Assembly: GCA_947624515.1 (NCBI GenBank)
Contig: CANQKN010000001.1
Location: 5,811-69,810, forward strand
DNA from: an uncultured Bacilli bacterium
Lineage (GTDB): Bacteria; Bacillota_I; Bacilli_A; RF39; UBA660
Direction of reading: 5' to 3'
DNA length: 64,000 nucleotides
Position 1 is the stretch's first letter; each line of letters starts with the position of its first letter. The translations under genes and the position numbers were made by a program. This document shows positions 28,657-39,021 of this stretch, one piece after another. The notes under the pieces were generated by a model. It was given only the letters and a program-made list of their open reading frames with translations. It had not been told where the DNA came from and did not search any database.

Positions 28657-29595
28657 CTATATCGTAGCAAGCATCATTTCAAATTCTATTAGCCCATTTG
28701 TTTTTCCTGATTTAATTTCTAAATCAAGATTAGCTAGTTTTTCTAATTTTTCTAATAAAATTTTTTCAGTATATTGATAAGAAGCCTGTCTAGCTAATTT
28801 AACAGGATATTCATGTATTTTTAATAATTTACTAATTGTCTGATCACTATTACCACTATACAGTAAAACTTTTACTTGATAGATTAGGCGAATTTTATTT
28901 GCTAATAAACGAATGATATTGACTACTTGTTCTCCATATAAAAGAAAATTACGATATAGTTCGAAAGCATCTTTTTTATTTCCGGTTAAAATACTATCTA
29001 CTAAGTGAAAAATATTATCATCCATACTCTTCATCACAATATCTTTAATATCTTGCTCTGTAATTTTCTTTTCTTCTAATCGATAAAGTTTTAATTTTTC
29101 GATTTCCTGAAGTACTCTTTCCATATCATTTTGACAGTATTCTAATAGTAATTTTTCACTGGAATGATCCATTTGATAGTCTTCTAAATGCTGTTTGATG
29201 AGATCATGAATATTATGTTCTGATATTTTTTCAATGACAGTCATTTTTTGACATAGGAGTGAGACTAATTTTTTTCTTTTATCTAAAGTATCATTTACTA
29301 AAATTAAAATATTGTCATCACTTGGAAATTCTACATACTTTTCTAACCTTTCTAAATGATGTTCAATAGCTAATTTAGATTTTTCACTACCTAAAAAAGT
29401 AGCATTATGTCCGATAATAATCTTCTGATTAGATAAAAAGTTGTAAGTATCTAAATCTTCAATTAACTGTTCAATAGGAACTTCTGTTAAATCATAATGA
29501 ATTACTTCACTATCTTTCTTCTTTTTTAAAATTTCTGCTAATTGATAATCTAAAGTTGTTTTATCATTTGTAATGATTAAAAATAGGCGATCCAT
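28657..29595 (-). CDS. holA: DNA polymerase III delta subunit
   Basis: 312 aa. C-terminal region DNIFHLVDSILTGNKKDAFELY...LLANKIRLIYQVK...PVKLARQASYQYTEKILLEKLEKLANLDLEIKSG matches the HolA helical domain pattern. Its start is 1 nt from the alaS stop. Confidence 0.7.
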   Translation of the reverse strand: MDRLFLIITNDKTTLDYQLAEILKKKKDSEVIHYDLTEVPIEQLIEDLDTYNFLSNQKIIIGHNATFLGSEKSKLAIEHHLERLEKYVEFPSDDNILILVNDTLDKRKKLVSLLCQKMTVIEKISEHNIHDLIKQHLEDYQMDHSSEKLLLEYCQNDMERVLQEIEKLKLYRLEEKKITEQDIKDIVMKSMDDNIFHLVDSILTGNKKDAFELYRNFLLYGEQVVNIIRLLANKIRLIYQVKVLLYSGNSDQTISKLLKIHEYPVKLARQASYQYTEKILLEKLEKLANLDLEIKSGKTNGLIEFEMMLATI

Positions 29596-29596
29596 T

Positions 29597-32278
29597 TTAT
29601 ATTTGTTCCTTTATGTGTTCTAATACTTCTTCTAATTTAGCTATGTCTTTTCCAGCACCTTGAGCAAAAGTTTTACTTCCACCACCATTGCCATTTAACT
29701 CGCTAGTTACTGATTTCATTATGTCACCACTAGATAAATGCTCTAGATTATTTCTAGAAACCAAATTAATTTGATCTTTATTTAGATTAGCAATTAAAAT
29801 AAAACCAGTTCCCATTTTATTTAATAAACTATCAGCAACTTCTTTTAAAATATTCATATCTTGATTTTCTACGATGGTAACTAAATAATGATAGTTGTTC
29901 TTTTTTTCAATCTTTTCTTCATAACTAGATAAATCATTTAAAGCAAGTTTAGATTTTTCTTCTTTATATTTCTTTTCTAAATTTTTCACTTCATCTTGAA
30001 CATATTCAAGTTCATTTCTTTCATAAATAATATCTTTATAACTCTTTGGTTCTTCATTATTAATATCACATTCAAAATCTAGGATAATTCCTTCTTGTTT
30101 TGCTTGGGCAATTATATTTTTAGCTTTCATTAATAACTTAATCTTTTCATCATTATATGGTTTAATGGTATCTAATAAAATATCTTCTACATTTTCATTG
30201 GTACAAGCCTCTATTCGATAGACATTACTTCCTTTAGATTCTACATTATAAAACGCAAATTTTTGAATTTCAGAAGTATTTTTAATATGGGTACCTCCAC
30301 ATAATTCTTTAGAATCTCCTATTGTAACAACACGAACTGTACTTCCATATTTTTCACTAAATAATGCCATAGCACCACTTTTCTTAGCTGCTTCAATATC
30401 CATAATTTCCGTGTTAGAATCGATATTCTGCTTTACATAATCATTTATGAAATCTTCTACTTCAACAATCTTCTCATCTAATAATTTACCTGTATAAGTA
30501 AAGTCAAAACGTAAAGAAATATCATCTACATGACTTCCAGCCTGATGGATTTGATCTGAAATTAAAGTACGAAGTGCATATTGTAGTAAATGAACAGAAG
30601 AGTGATTAGCTTCTATTTTTTTTCTTCTTGCTTCATCTATTGTTGATTTAACCTGATCATTTAATTGTACCTTACCATCTAATATTTTTACTTTATGTAA
30701 ATGTTGACCATTTGGAGCTTTTCTTACATCTAGTACTCTAGCTTTAAAACGACCAGATGTAATCATACCGGTATCACTTACTTGACCACCAGATTCTGCA
30801 TAAAAACAGGTCTTATCTAAAATAATATATCCTTCTTTTGTTAAAGAATCTACAAAATCTTTTCCATCGAATAAACCAATTACTTTTCCTTTTTCGATAT
30901 AAGATTCATAAATAAATTTAGAAGGTTCTTTAAAATTTAATAGGGCTTTATTTTGAATATTCATATTTGCTTCTTGCTTGCGACTGTTTTTTGCTAATTG
31001 TTTCTGTTCTTCCATATATTGATCAAATTCTTCTTTGGAAGTAGTAAATCCTCTTTCCTCTAAATATTCTAGTGTCAATTCATAAGGAAAACCATATGTA
31101 TCATATAATTTAAATACCTCTAGCCCAGATATGGTTTTGGTTTTAGCATTTTCCATTAACTCTAATAGTCTTCTTTCACCACTTGCTAAAGTTTTATGAA
31201 ATAGTTGTTCTTCCTCATAAACTAAGGTTTCTACTACTCCTCTATTTTCTATTAATTCTGGGTAGCTTTCTCCCATAATATTACATACAGTAGGTACTAA
31301 CTTATACATAAATGGTTCCGTTAGGCCTATTTTTTTACCCATGCGAACACTTCTTCTTAATAGTCTTCTTAATACATATCCTCTACCAACATTTTCAAAA
31401 ATAGCTCCATCTGATAAGGCAACAGTAATTGCACGTATATGATCTGCAATAATTTTGAAAGAAGCTTCTCCATTATATAAAACACCACTTAGTTCTTCAA
31501 TTGCTTGGATAATTGGTACAAATAAATCCGTATCAAAATTGGAATCCACTTCCTGAAAGATACATGCCCATCTTTCTAAACCGGCTCCTGTATCAATATT
31601 TTTACTAGGTAATTCCTGATAATCTTTACGGTCGACACCTTCTTTAGAATTAAATTGACTAAATACATTATTCCAAATTTCTACATAACGATCTTGATCT
31701 TCATCTTTTTGAAAACGCGTTAAAGCATCATGATTAGGATCATATTTTTCTCCACGATCATAGAAAATTTCAGAGTCTGGACCACAAGGACCTTCTCCTA
31801 TTTCCCAAAAGTTACCTTCTAAACGTACAATATGATCTTCTAACATTCCTACTTCTTTCCAAGTTTGATATGCTTCATCATCTTCAGTATAAACTGTTAC
31901 ATAAAGTTTTTCTTTAGGTATTGCAAACCATTCAGGACTAGTTAGAAGTTCGAAAGCATATTCAATTGCTTCTTTTTTAAAATAATCTCCAATGGAAAAA
32001 TTTCCCATCATTTCAAAGAAAGTTTGATGTCTTGCGGTTAAACCAACATTTTCAATATCATTTGTACGAATACATTTTTGTACATTTACTATTCTTCTAG
32101 ATTCTGGTACTTTTGTTCCATCAAAATATTTTTTTAAAGGAGCAACACCTGCATTAATCCATAATAAAGAATCATCATCAATGGGAATTAATGGTGCACT
32201 TTCCATTTTCTTATGACCTTTCTTTTCAAAAAAGTCATACCACATATTTCTAATTTCTGTACTAGTCATCTTTCTCAT
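29597..32278 (-). CDS. alaS: Alanine--tRNA ligase
   Basis: Class II core, editing domain (HSSVHLLQYALR) and C-terminal DHHA1-like region. The probable start is the internal Met MRKMTSTEIR, not the track start. Confidence 0.9.
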   Translation of the reverse strand: MRKMTSTEIRNMWYDFFEKKGHKKMESAPLIPIDDDSLLWINAGVAPLKKYFDGTKVPESRRIVNVQKCIRTNDIENVGLTARHQTFFEMMGNFSIGDYFKKEAIEYAFELLTSPEWFAIPKEKLYVTVYTEDDEAYQTWKEVGMLEDHIVRLEGNFWEIGEGPCGPDSEIFYDRGEKYDPNHDALTRFQKDEDQDRYVEIWNNVFSQFNSKEGVDRKDYQELPSKNIDTGAGLERWACIFQEVDSNFDTDLFVPIIQAIEELSGVLYNGEASFKIIADHIRAITVALSDGAIFENVGRGYVLRRLLRRSVRMGKKIGLTEPFMYKLVPTVCNIMGESYPELIENRGVVETLVYEEEQLFHKTLASGERRLLELMENAKTKTISGLEVFKLYDTYGFPYELTLEYLEERGFTTSKEEFDQYMEEQKQLAKNSRKQEANMNIQNKALLNFKEPSKFIYESYIEKGKVIGLFDGKDFVDSLTKEGYIILDKTCFYAESGGQVSDTGMITSGRFKARVLDVRKAPNGQHLHKVKILDGKVQLNDQVKSTIDEARRKKIEANHSSVHLLQYALRTLISDQIHQAGSHVDDISLRFDFTYTGKLLDEKIVEVEDFINDYVKQNIDSNTEIMDIEAAKKSGAMALFSEKYGSTVRVVTIGDSKELCGGTHIKNTSEIQKFAFYNVESKGSNVYRIEACTNENVEDILLDTIKPYNDEKIKLLMKAKNIIAQAKQEGIILDFECDINNEEPKSYKDIIYERNELEYVQDEVKNLEKKYKEEKSKLALNDLSSYEEKIEKKNNYHYLVTIVENQDMNILKEVADSLLNKMGTGFILIANLNKDQINLVSRNNLEHLSSGDIMKSVTSELNGNGGGSKTFAQGAGKDIAKLEEVLEHIKEQI

Positions 32279-32828
32279 TTTTTTTAACCTCACTATCTAC
32301 TAACTGTATTATATCACTAGCTAACTGATTTAGGAAACCGTTAACTATTTCATAATCAAAATTATGATAATCATCTAAAGCTAATTCTGTAATATGGTCC
32401 TGTTCTTCCTCTTGCAGAGGACTAATGTAGTTTTCTTTTATTACATGAATACTTGTGACATTAGAAAATGCTTTTTTGATTTCTTCAATTTCTAATGGCA
32501 AGCGAATGTCATTCACAATGAAAATTGAAAAATAATTTGCTAAAACTTCAATATCCTCTATTAGACGATTGATGTGAAAATAGTTTTTACCCATTTTTTT
32601 GCGAATTACTTCGGTTCCTATTTGTTGCAGTAATTTTCTTGGTTTGGTTTCTTCTTTTCCATCCCATCCAAAATAATCTTGTAAGTAACCTTTTAATGTC
32701 CTCATCATCTGTATTTCACATACTGAAAAGCCTCTTTTTTCATATTCTTTTTTTATAAGGCTACTAACTTCTCCTTTTCCAGTTCTGGCTTTGCCACCAA
32801 TTAGATAAATTTGAATTTGATCTTTCAT
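32262..32828 (-). CDS. P-loop NTPase / nucleotide kinase-like protein (188 aa), co-transcribed with alaS
   Basis: Walker A-like IYLIGGKARTGKGEVS near the N-terminus. Overlaps the alaS start. No more specific family recognised. Confidence 0.45.
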   Translation of the reverse strand: MKDQIQIYLIGGKARTGKGEVSSLIKKEYEKRGFSVCEIQMMRTLKGYLQDYFGWDGKEETKPRKLLQQIGTEVIRKKMGKNYFHINRLIEDIEVLANYFSIFIVNDIRLPLEIEEIKKAFSNVTSIHVIKENYISPLQEEEQDHITELALDDYHNFDYEIVNGFLNQLASDIIQLVDSEVKKNEKDD

Positions 32829-32829
32829 T

Positions 32830-33040
32830 AATATCTCTTCCTTTTCACAAGAAAAGACCTAGCTAGGAGTATCAAAAGATACGGTACCATCCTAAATAGA
32901 TCTTAATTTAAATAACGGTATTACCGGACTATTTTATAGTCACTCAAAAGTAGCTTTCATATATTATTCTTCATTGTTTTCACCAAACACAATGTCTCTA
33001 AAAAGAATTTTATATTACTTTTCTTCTGTTATCGTTTTCT
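32830..33040 (-). promoter_or_regulatory. Putative T-box leader (Ala specifier GCU) upstream of the kinase-like gene-alaS-holA operon
   Basis: Minus strand: AGAGA element; GAAAGCUACUUUUGAGUG with GCU; the T-box-like AUUUAGGAUGGUACCGUAUC; palindromic CCUAGCUAGG plus a U-tract. It shares the GGUGAAAAC element with the pheS leader. Confidence 0.5.
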
Positions 33041-34185
33041 TAGTTATCTGTGATTCTTTCCATGATAGAATATTTCTGATTAAAATATTGGAATATGGTC
33101 TTAAAAATAGAAATAATTGGTGTTGCAAGAATCATACCTAGTATACCAAAGAAATTTCCAAATATCAATAGACCAATCATAATTGTTACAGGATGAAGTT
33201 TCATTGTTTTTCCCATTACTACTGGCTGTAGAAAATAACTTTCTAAAGTTTGTGCTAAAACGACAGCAATTAAGGCAAATAGCCCTGTCATAGGACTAAT
33301 TGATAATCCTACAATTACAGCAGGAGCACCACCTATATAAGGACCTATATAAGGAATTACATTGGTAACTGCACAAAATAGACCAAATACCATAGGTGCT
33401 TCTAATCCAGCAATCGATAAAGCAATGGATTGAAATATAAATAAAATAAGCATAATTAATAATGTTCCATTTACATAACTCTTCAAATTATTGTTTAGTT
33501 GCTTTAAAATCGTAACAGTATCTTTTTGATATTTTTTTGGAATTAGGCTATATAAATGTCTTTTTACATTATCAAAATCAAATAACATATAAAGTCCTAC
33601 TAATAATCCTATTAGTAAATTAACTCCTCCAGAAATAATACTTGAAATAGCATTCATAATAGTTGTTGGTAAATCTACTGTTAAGGACTTACTTAAATTA
33701 TTAATACTGTCATAAATACCAATTTTAATTTCTGTAAAATTATAATCTCCTAATTTATTGAGATTATCAAAAAAGCTATCAATATTATCTTTTAAATAAT
33801 TAATAAAACTAGGTACCGATTGAGCTAAATCGTTTAACTGATTGGTAATAGAAGGTACCATTAATCTAATTAGTAAATAAATAAAGGATAAAAATATAAT
33901 ATATACGAAAATGGCTCCTAATATTCTACTAACTCCTTTATTATTTAAGTAAGTAACAGCAGGATCGAATAACCATGCTATCGCAATTCCAATAAAGAAA
34001 GGAGAAATAATAGTAAATAATTTTCCAATAAAAGGTAATATTTTCCAATCTGCTAATAAGTTACTACAAATATATATTAATATCACAATCGCTAATATAA
34101 AAGCTATTTTTAAGATATTCACTCCTACTCGAATTCCTTCATTTAATTTTCCATAATCTAATGAATCATTTTTCTTTTTTAACAT
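33040..34185 (-). CDS. AI-2E family (UPF0118 / PerM-like) membrane transporter
   Basis: 381 aa with 7-8 TM helices and AI-2E-like topology. A paralog lies at 46660..47718. Confidence 0.55.
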   Translation of the reverse strand: MLKKKNDSLDYGKLNEGIRVGVNILKIAFILAIVILIYICSNLLADWKILPFIGKLFTIISPFFIGIAIAWLFDPAVTYLNNKGVSRILGAIFVYIIFLSFIYLLIRLMVPSITNQLNDLAQSVPSFINYLKDNIDSFFDNLNKLGDYNFTEIKIGIYDSINNLSKSLTVDLPTTIMNAISSIISGGVNLLIGLLVGLYMLFDFDNVKRHLYSLIPKKYQKDTVTILKQLNNNLKSYVNGTLLIMLILFIFQSIALSIAGLEAPMVFGLFCAVTNVIPYIGPYIGGAPAVIVGLSISPMTGLFALIAVVLAQTLESYFLQPVVMGKTMKLHPVTIMIGLLIFGNFFGILGMILATPIISIFKTIFQYFNQKYSIMERITDN

Positions 34186-34344
34186 GAAATCCCACCTATC
34201 TATCTATTATATCTAATAAAATGAAATTACATTCTACTTTTCTTCATCATTTAAGATATTTAAGTTTATTATATCGATATTTTGATTGGAAAACAAGTAT
34301 TTCAAGTCATATAAAATATAAATTGCTGTAAAATTTACTTTCAA

Positions 34345-34375
34345 ATAATAAAGAAGACAGAGTGTCTTCTTTATC
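34345..34375 (-). terminator. Rho-independent terminator after the 55-aa gene
   Basis: aagaagaca-gag-tgtcttctt stem with a T-tract on the minus strand. Confidence 0.5.
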
Positions 34376-34543
34376 TTACATCATATCTTCAATGCTTTTT
34401 TCCATATTTTTGGTCATTTTTTTCATATCATTTTTTAATGTTTTTGCACCTTGTGGATTCATTTTCTTATATGCACACCAAGCACCATAACCACCAAGAG
34501 CCATTAATACGGCTGAACCTGCAACCATACTACTTTTTTTCAT
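34376..34543 (-). CDS. Small protein of 55 aa (MKKSSMVAGSAVLMALGGYGAWCAYKKMNPQGAKTLKNDMKKMTKNMEKSIEDMM); not in the ORF track
   Basis: AGAGGTGAT ribosome binding site 5 nt before the ATG. An extended -10 element TGGTATAAT lies just upstream, overlapping the recD2 stop. A strong terminator follows immediately. Hydrophobic N-terminus, K-rich C-terminus. Confidence 0.4.
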   Translation of the reverse strand: MKKSSMVAGSAVLMALGGYGAWCAYKKMNPQGAKTLKNDMKKMTKNMEKSIEDMM

Positions 34544-34617
34544 AATATCACCTCTAACTTTGAAAATATGATCAGTATATTTCTATACCATTACTATTAT
34601 GAAAAAAATGCATAAAA

Positions 34618-36813
34618 TTATACCATTTTCATATTTTCATAAAGCATTTCTTTTAAGGTAGTTCTTCGAATATTGGTATCATCATTTTGAATTGCTTTTT
34701 CTAAAGCTGATATTTCGCCAATTAGATATAGCTTTTGTTTTACTCTAGTTACACCTGTATAAATTAGCTTTCGATAAAGCATCTTTCCATAACCATTGAC
34801 AATTGGAATGATAATGGTATTAAATTCACTACCTTGACTCTTATGAATACTAATTGCATAAGCATGTTTAAATTTTTGAAAATTAGAAGCTGTATAGCGA
34901 ACTCTGTTTCCATCAAAATTAATATAAATTTCTTTTTTCTTATCATTTATGATTTTTTCAATATAACCAATATCACCATTAAAAACATTTTCATCTGGCA
35001 TATTAGAAAGTTGGATTACTTTATCTTGTTCGCGAAAAATAATATCATTTATTAAAATTTCTTTTTTAGAATCTTCTTTTGGATTAAATACCTGCTGTAA
35101 GGTTGTATTGATTTTATCAATTCCATTATCTGTTTTATACATTGGTGCTAAAATTTGAATTTCTTTATTAAGATTAGCATATTCTGTAGCTATTTTCATA
35201 AGTTCATTGATTACATTATTAGTTGGAACGGGAATAAATATTAAATCTTCTTTTTGATTAAAAATAGTTTGGTCTAAGCAATTTTCATTTACTTGATATG
35301 CTAAACTAATAATATTAGAATTTTCTTCTTGACGATATAACTCCTTCAATTTCACAACATTTAAACAATCACTTTCTATCATATCTTTTAAAAGTTGACC
35401 AGGACCAACACTTGGCAATTGATTATCATCACCTACAATAATTATCTTAGTATCATATTTTAATCCTTTTAATAAAGAATCAAATAAATAAGTATCTACC
35501 ATACTAAATTCATCAACTATTACTAAATCTACTTCACTTTTATGATACTCATTAATTCCAAATTTATTATTTTCTTTATTCCATTTTAAAAAACGGTGAA
35601 TAGTAGATGCTGGTAAAGTAGTAGATTCACTAATTCTTTTACTTGCTCTTCCTGTTGGTGCTAGTAAAGCTATTTTTTGTGTTAATTTCTCATATGATAA
35701 TTTATTCATCTGTCGGTATAATTCGCATACCGCTTGAATAATGGTTGTTTTACCAGTTCCAGGTCCTCCTGTTATAATTAAAAGATTTTTTAGATAAGAT
35801 AAGCGAATTGCTTCTAATTGTTCCTGATTATATATATAACCGAAATAGTTTTCTAATTTTTTAATTTGTTTTTCTACTTTTTGGTCCATATGATCTTTAC
35901 TTCTCATTAGATAACCACATCTTTTGGCAATATTTTGTTCTGCTTGATACATTTTTGTTAGGTAGTATTTTTCTTCTTGTTGAATTATTTTGCCATTTAA
36001 TTGTAATTGTGTTAAACATTGTCTGAAATTATTGTCTACTATTAAATTATTTAATGTTTGAATTGCATAGGAAAATATTTCATTTTCTAATAAATAACTA
36101 TGTCCATATAAGTTACATAATTCATTCATTACATACAAAATAGCTGCTTGAATTCTTCTCGGATCTTCTTTTTGAAAACCATTTTTTAGAGCAATGGTAT
36201 CTATTTTTTTAAAAGTAATATCTTCTAATTCTTCCATTAATAAGTAAATATTTTCGTTGATCACATTGTTGGTATTTTCTTTATAATGATTATAGATTAA
36301 TAGACTATCTTTGGTAGAAAAACCTAACTCATTTAAAGAGACAATCGTTTGATAACTTGCTTGATACTCAATTAAAGTATGGTGCATGATATCAATTTGT
36401 TTTTTTGTTAATCCAGGAACGAGGAATAAATCAGTTGGATTTTCTAAAATGATATTTAAAGTATTTTTTCCAAATGATTCTACAATCTTTGTTGCTGTTT
36501 TTTTACCGATTCCTTTGAATAAACCACTACTTAGAAATTCAATGGTCGAGTCTTTTTCTTCTGGTAATACACACTCATAATTTTCAACTTGAAATTGCTT
36601 TCCATACTTTTCATGTTCTACTAATTTGCCATATAATATATAAGTATCTTCTTCATTTAATTCATGAAAATAACCAGTAAAAGGAATGGTAGAACTAAAA
36701 AATTCTTCGATTTCTTCCGAATTGGTTTCTTTTATTTTAAATAGACCAACATAATATCCCATATCACTTTTAAATATGACTCTTTTTAAATTTCCTTTCA
36801 TGTAAATATTCAT
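34618..36813 (-). CDS. recD2: RecD2-type ATP-dependent DNA helicase (YrrC)
   Basis: N-terminal OB-like region, HhH, Walker A GGPGTGKTT, and SF1B helicase motifs (VDEFSM, GDDNQLPSVG, HKSQGSE). Confidence 0.85.
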   Translation of the reverse strand: MNIYMKGNLKRVIFKSDMGYYVGLFKIKETNSEEIEEFFSSTIPFTGYFHELNEEDTYILYGKLVEHEKYGKQFQVENYECVLPEEKDSTIEFLSSGLFKGIGKKTATKIVESFGKNTLNIILENPTDLFLVPGLTKKQIDIMHHTLIEYQASYQTIVSLNELGFSTKDSLLIYNHYKENTNNVINENIYLLMEELEDITFKKIDTIALKNGFQKEDPRRIQAAILYVMNELCNLYGHSYLLENEIFSYAIQTLNNLIVDNNFRQCLTQLQLNGKIIQQEEKYYLTKMYQAEQNIAKRCGYLMRSKDHMDQKVEKQIKKLENYFGYIYNQEQLEAIRLSYLKNLLIITGGPGTGKTTIIQAVCELYRQMNKLSYEKLTQKIALLAPTGRASKRISESTTLPASTIHRFLKWNKENNKFGINEYHKSEVDLVIVDEFSMVDTYLFDSLLKGLKYDTKIIIVGDDNQLPSVGPGQLLKDMIESDCLNVVKLKELYRQEENSNIISLAYQVNENCLDQTIFNQKEDLIFIPVPTNNVINELMKIATEYANLNKEIQILAPMYKTDNGIDKINTTLQQVFNPKEDSKKEILINDIIFREQDKVIQLSNMPDENVFNGDIGYIEKIINDKKKEIYINFDGNRVRYTASNFQKFKHAYAISIHKSQGSEFNTIIIPIVNGYGKMLYRKLIYTGVTRVKQKLYLIGEISALEKAIQNDDTNIRRTTLKEMLYENMKMV

Positions 36814-36860
36814 ATGTTTCCTCCAAAAAAAATATCCCTACTAAGGATATTATACCAAGA

Positions 36861-37088
36861 TTATTTATTTTTTTCTTGAAAAAGCTTCATTGCTGTTAAA
36901 AATTCTTGTTCATCAGCTAGACCTACTAAATATTTCTGATTTTCTTCTTGTATTTCTTTTCTCACAAATATATCATTTTCATCCTCTTCGTTCATAAAAT
37001 ATACATATTGAAAATCAGAATTAGGTATTTTATCGATTACTAAATATGTTTTTCCATTTCGTTCTAATTTGCTATTATCAATCATCAC
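36861..37088 (-). CDS. DUF1292 / YrzB-like small protein (75 aa)
   Basis: Acidic small protein with conserved Y/F spacing typical of the UPF0473/DUF1292 family. It sits near alaS and recD2 as in Bacillus. Confidence 0.45.
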   Translation of the reverse strand: MMIDNSKLERNGKTYLVIDKIPNSDFQYVYFMNEEDENDIFVRKEIQEENQKYLVGLADEQEFLTAMKLFQEKNK

Positions 37089-37107
37089 TATTCTCCTAAC
37101 TTTTATT

Positions 37108-37614
37108 CTACTTTGTTTTGTTTTCTTCCAATGTTTCTAAATAATTTTCTTCCATTACTTTTACTACTTGAGGTATGGATAGATTTTCAGAAGTTATTTC
37201 GTTTGTACCTATATTTTCTATAGTAGCATTTAGTAGTTGATTTAATTCTAAATCGTTTAATTCATTAACATAATCTCTAAATTGTTCATTGTACACTTCT
37301 TTTGTCTCATATTTTCCACCAATAGGATTTTGAGTTGTGATTGTTCTCATAATTTCATCTCGTACATCATTAGTAGTATCTATGGTAGAACTGACCATAT
37401 TAGTACCAATTATCATTAAACTAAAGGTAGCAATAGCTAAAGCTTTGGATATTCCTTTTTTTATTTTTCTTTTTTTCTTAGTATCTTTTGATACATAATA
37501 TTCGCCAAAAACAGCTATTTTTTCTTGTACGCAGGAATCTTCTTTTGCTTTTTGAACTAATAATATAAAATCTTCTTTTAATGTTTTTTCGTTATTTTCT
37601 TCCATCTTTCTCAC
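37108..37614 (-). CDS. Hypothetical bitopic membrane protein (168 aa)
   Basis: Cytoplasmic N-terminus, one TM helix (ALAIATFSLMIIGTNMV), and a ~90-aa C-terminal exodomain. Confidence 0.4.
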   Translation of the reverse strand: MRKMEENNEKTLKEDFILLVQKAKEDSCVQEKIAVFGEYYVSKDTKKKRKIKKGISKALAIATFSLMIIGTNMVSSTIDTTNDVRDEIMRTITTQNPIGGKYETKEVYNEQFRDYVNELNDLELNQLLNATIENIGTNEITSENLSIPQVVKVMEENYLETLEENKTK

Positions 37615-37666
37615 CTACTATTATCATTATAAATGACTTTCTTTAAAATAGCAATTATTAATATTT

Positions 37667-38959
37667 CTATCTTGTTTTTTCTTTTATATTTTTCTGTCCT
37701 AAACAATATGGATAGTTAATTTGATTAATTTTTACAGAAATGATTTCTTCACTGTTATATTTTCCCTCTACCTTTACTAATAAATAATTTTCAGTATGAC
37801 CATAACTATATCCATCTTTTGTTTGTTCTATTAAAACTTCTACTTGTTTCTCTAAAAATTTCTCCATATAACGATTTTCTAAATAATTTGATAGCTGTAT
37901 TAATTTCTTCGCTCTTTCTTTTTTAATTGTTGCATCTATTTGATTAGGAAATTTACTTGCAGGAGTATTTTTTCTACTAGAATAAGGAAATACATGAATT
38001 TTAGAAAACTCTACTTTTTGACAAAAATCATAGGTTTCTTGAAATAGTTCTTCGGTTTCGCCAGGAAATCCAACAATTACATCTGTTGAAATAGAAATAT
38101 TAGGACGAATTGAGCGAATTTTTTGAATCTTTTTTTCATAGTATTCGATATCATATTTACGATTCATCATTTTTAAAATAGAATTGCTGCCAGATTGTAA
38201 TGGAATATGTAGATGATCGACAATGACAGAATTATTTTTAATGATTTCTAAAACTTCATCTGTCAATTCTGTTACTTCAATTGAAGAAATTCTCAATCGC
38301 TTTAAATTAGGAATTTTTACAATTTCTTCTAATAATGATGAGAAATTCGTATTTAAATCAACTCCATAATTTCCAGTATGAATTCCTGTTAAGACAATTT
38401 CACGATAGCCATTTTCTACTAATAAAGATATTTCTTCTATTACTTTTCGTTTTTGTTTACTACGACATTTACCTCTTACATAAGGAATAATGCAATAACT
38501 ACAAAAATTTTCACAGCCATCTTGAATTTTGACAAAAGCTCTTGTTCGACCTGGAAAAGATTTTATTTCCATATCTTCAAATTGAGAATTTAGATTTTGT
38601 GTAACTTGATCGATAGTTTTTTGTTGAGATAAATATTCTTCTACTAAATTTACAATTTTACTTTTATCTTGATTTCCAATATAAATATTAATTCCCTCTA
38701 TGTTATAATCAGGATTTGCTTGAATAAAGCATCCCATTGCTACTATACAAGCATTAGGATTTTTGCGAATGGCTTGATTTATGATCTTTCTACTTTTACT
38801 ATCACTTTGATTTGTTACTGTGCAGGTATTAATAATATAAATATCACATTTCTCATTAAAATCAGAAATAGTATATCCTTTTTCTTTAAATAAAGACATT
38901 ACATATTCACTTTCATAAGTATTTACTTTACATCCCAATGTATAGATTGCTACTTTCAT
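37667..38959 (-). CDS. mtaB: tRNA (t6A37) methylthiotransferase MtaB (MiaB-like radical SAM)
   Basis: N-terminal MTTase domain (MKVAIYTLGCKVNTYE), radical SAM motif CENFCSYC, and a C-terminal TRAM domain. Start taken at MKVAIY. Confidence 0.75.
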   Translation of the reverse strand: MKVAIYTLGCKVNTYESEYVMSLFKEKGYTISDFNEKCDIYIINTCTVTNQSDSKSRKIINQAIRKNPNACIVAMGCFIQANPDYNIEGINIYIGNQDKSKIVNLVEEYLSQQKTIDQVTQNLNSQFEDMEIKSFPGRTRAFVKIQDGCENFCSYCIIPYVRGKCRSKQKRKVIEEISLLVENGYREIVLTGIHTGNYGVDLNTNFSSLLEEIVKIPNLKRLRISSIEVTELTDEVLEIIKNNSVIVDHLHIPLQSGSNSILKMMNRKYDIEYYEKKIQKIRSIRPNISISTDVIVGFPGETEELFQETYDFCQKVEFSKIHVFPYSSRKNTPASKFPNQIDATIKKERAKKLIQLSNYLENRYMEKFLEKQVEVLIEQTKDGYSYGHTENYLLVKVEGKYNSEEIISVKINQINYPYCLGQKNIKEKTR

Positions 38960-39021
38960 ATTGTTCACCACCAAAGATTATATTTTTATATTATTTTTAA
39001 AAAGAAAAAGAGCAATATGCT

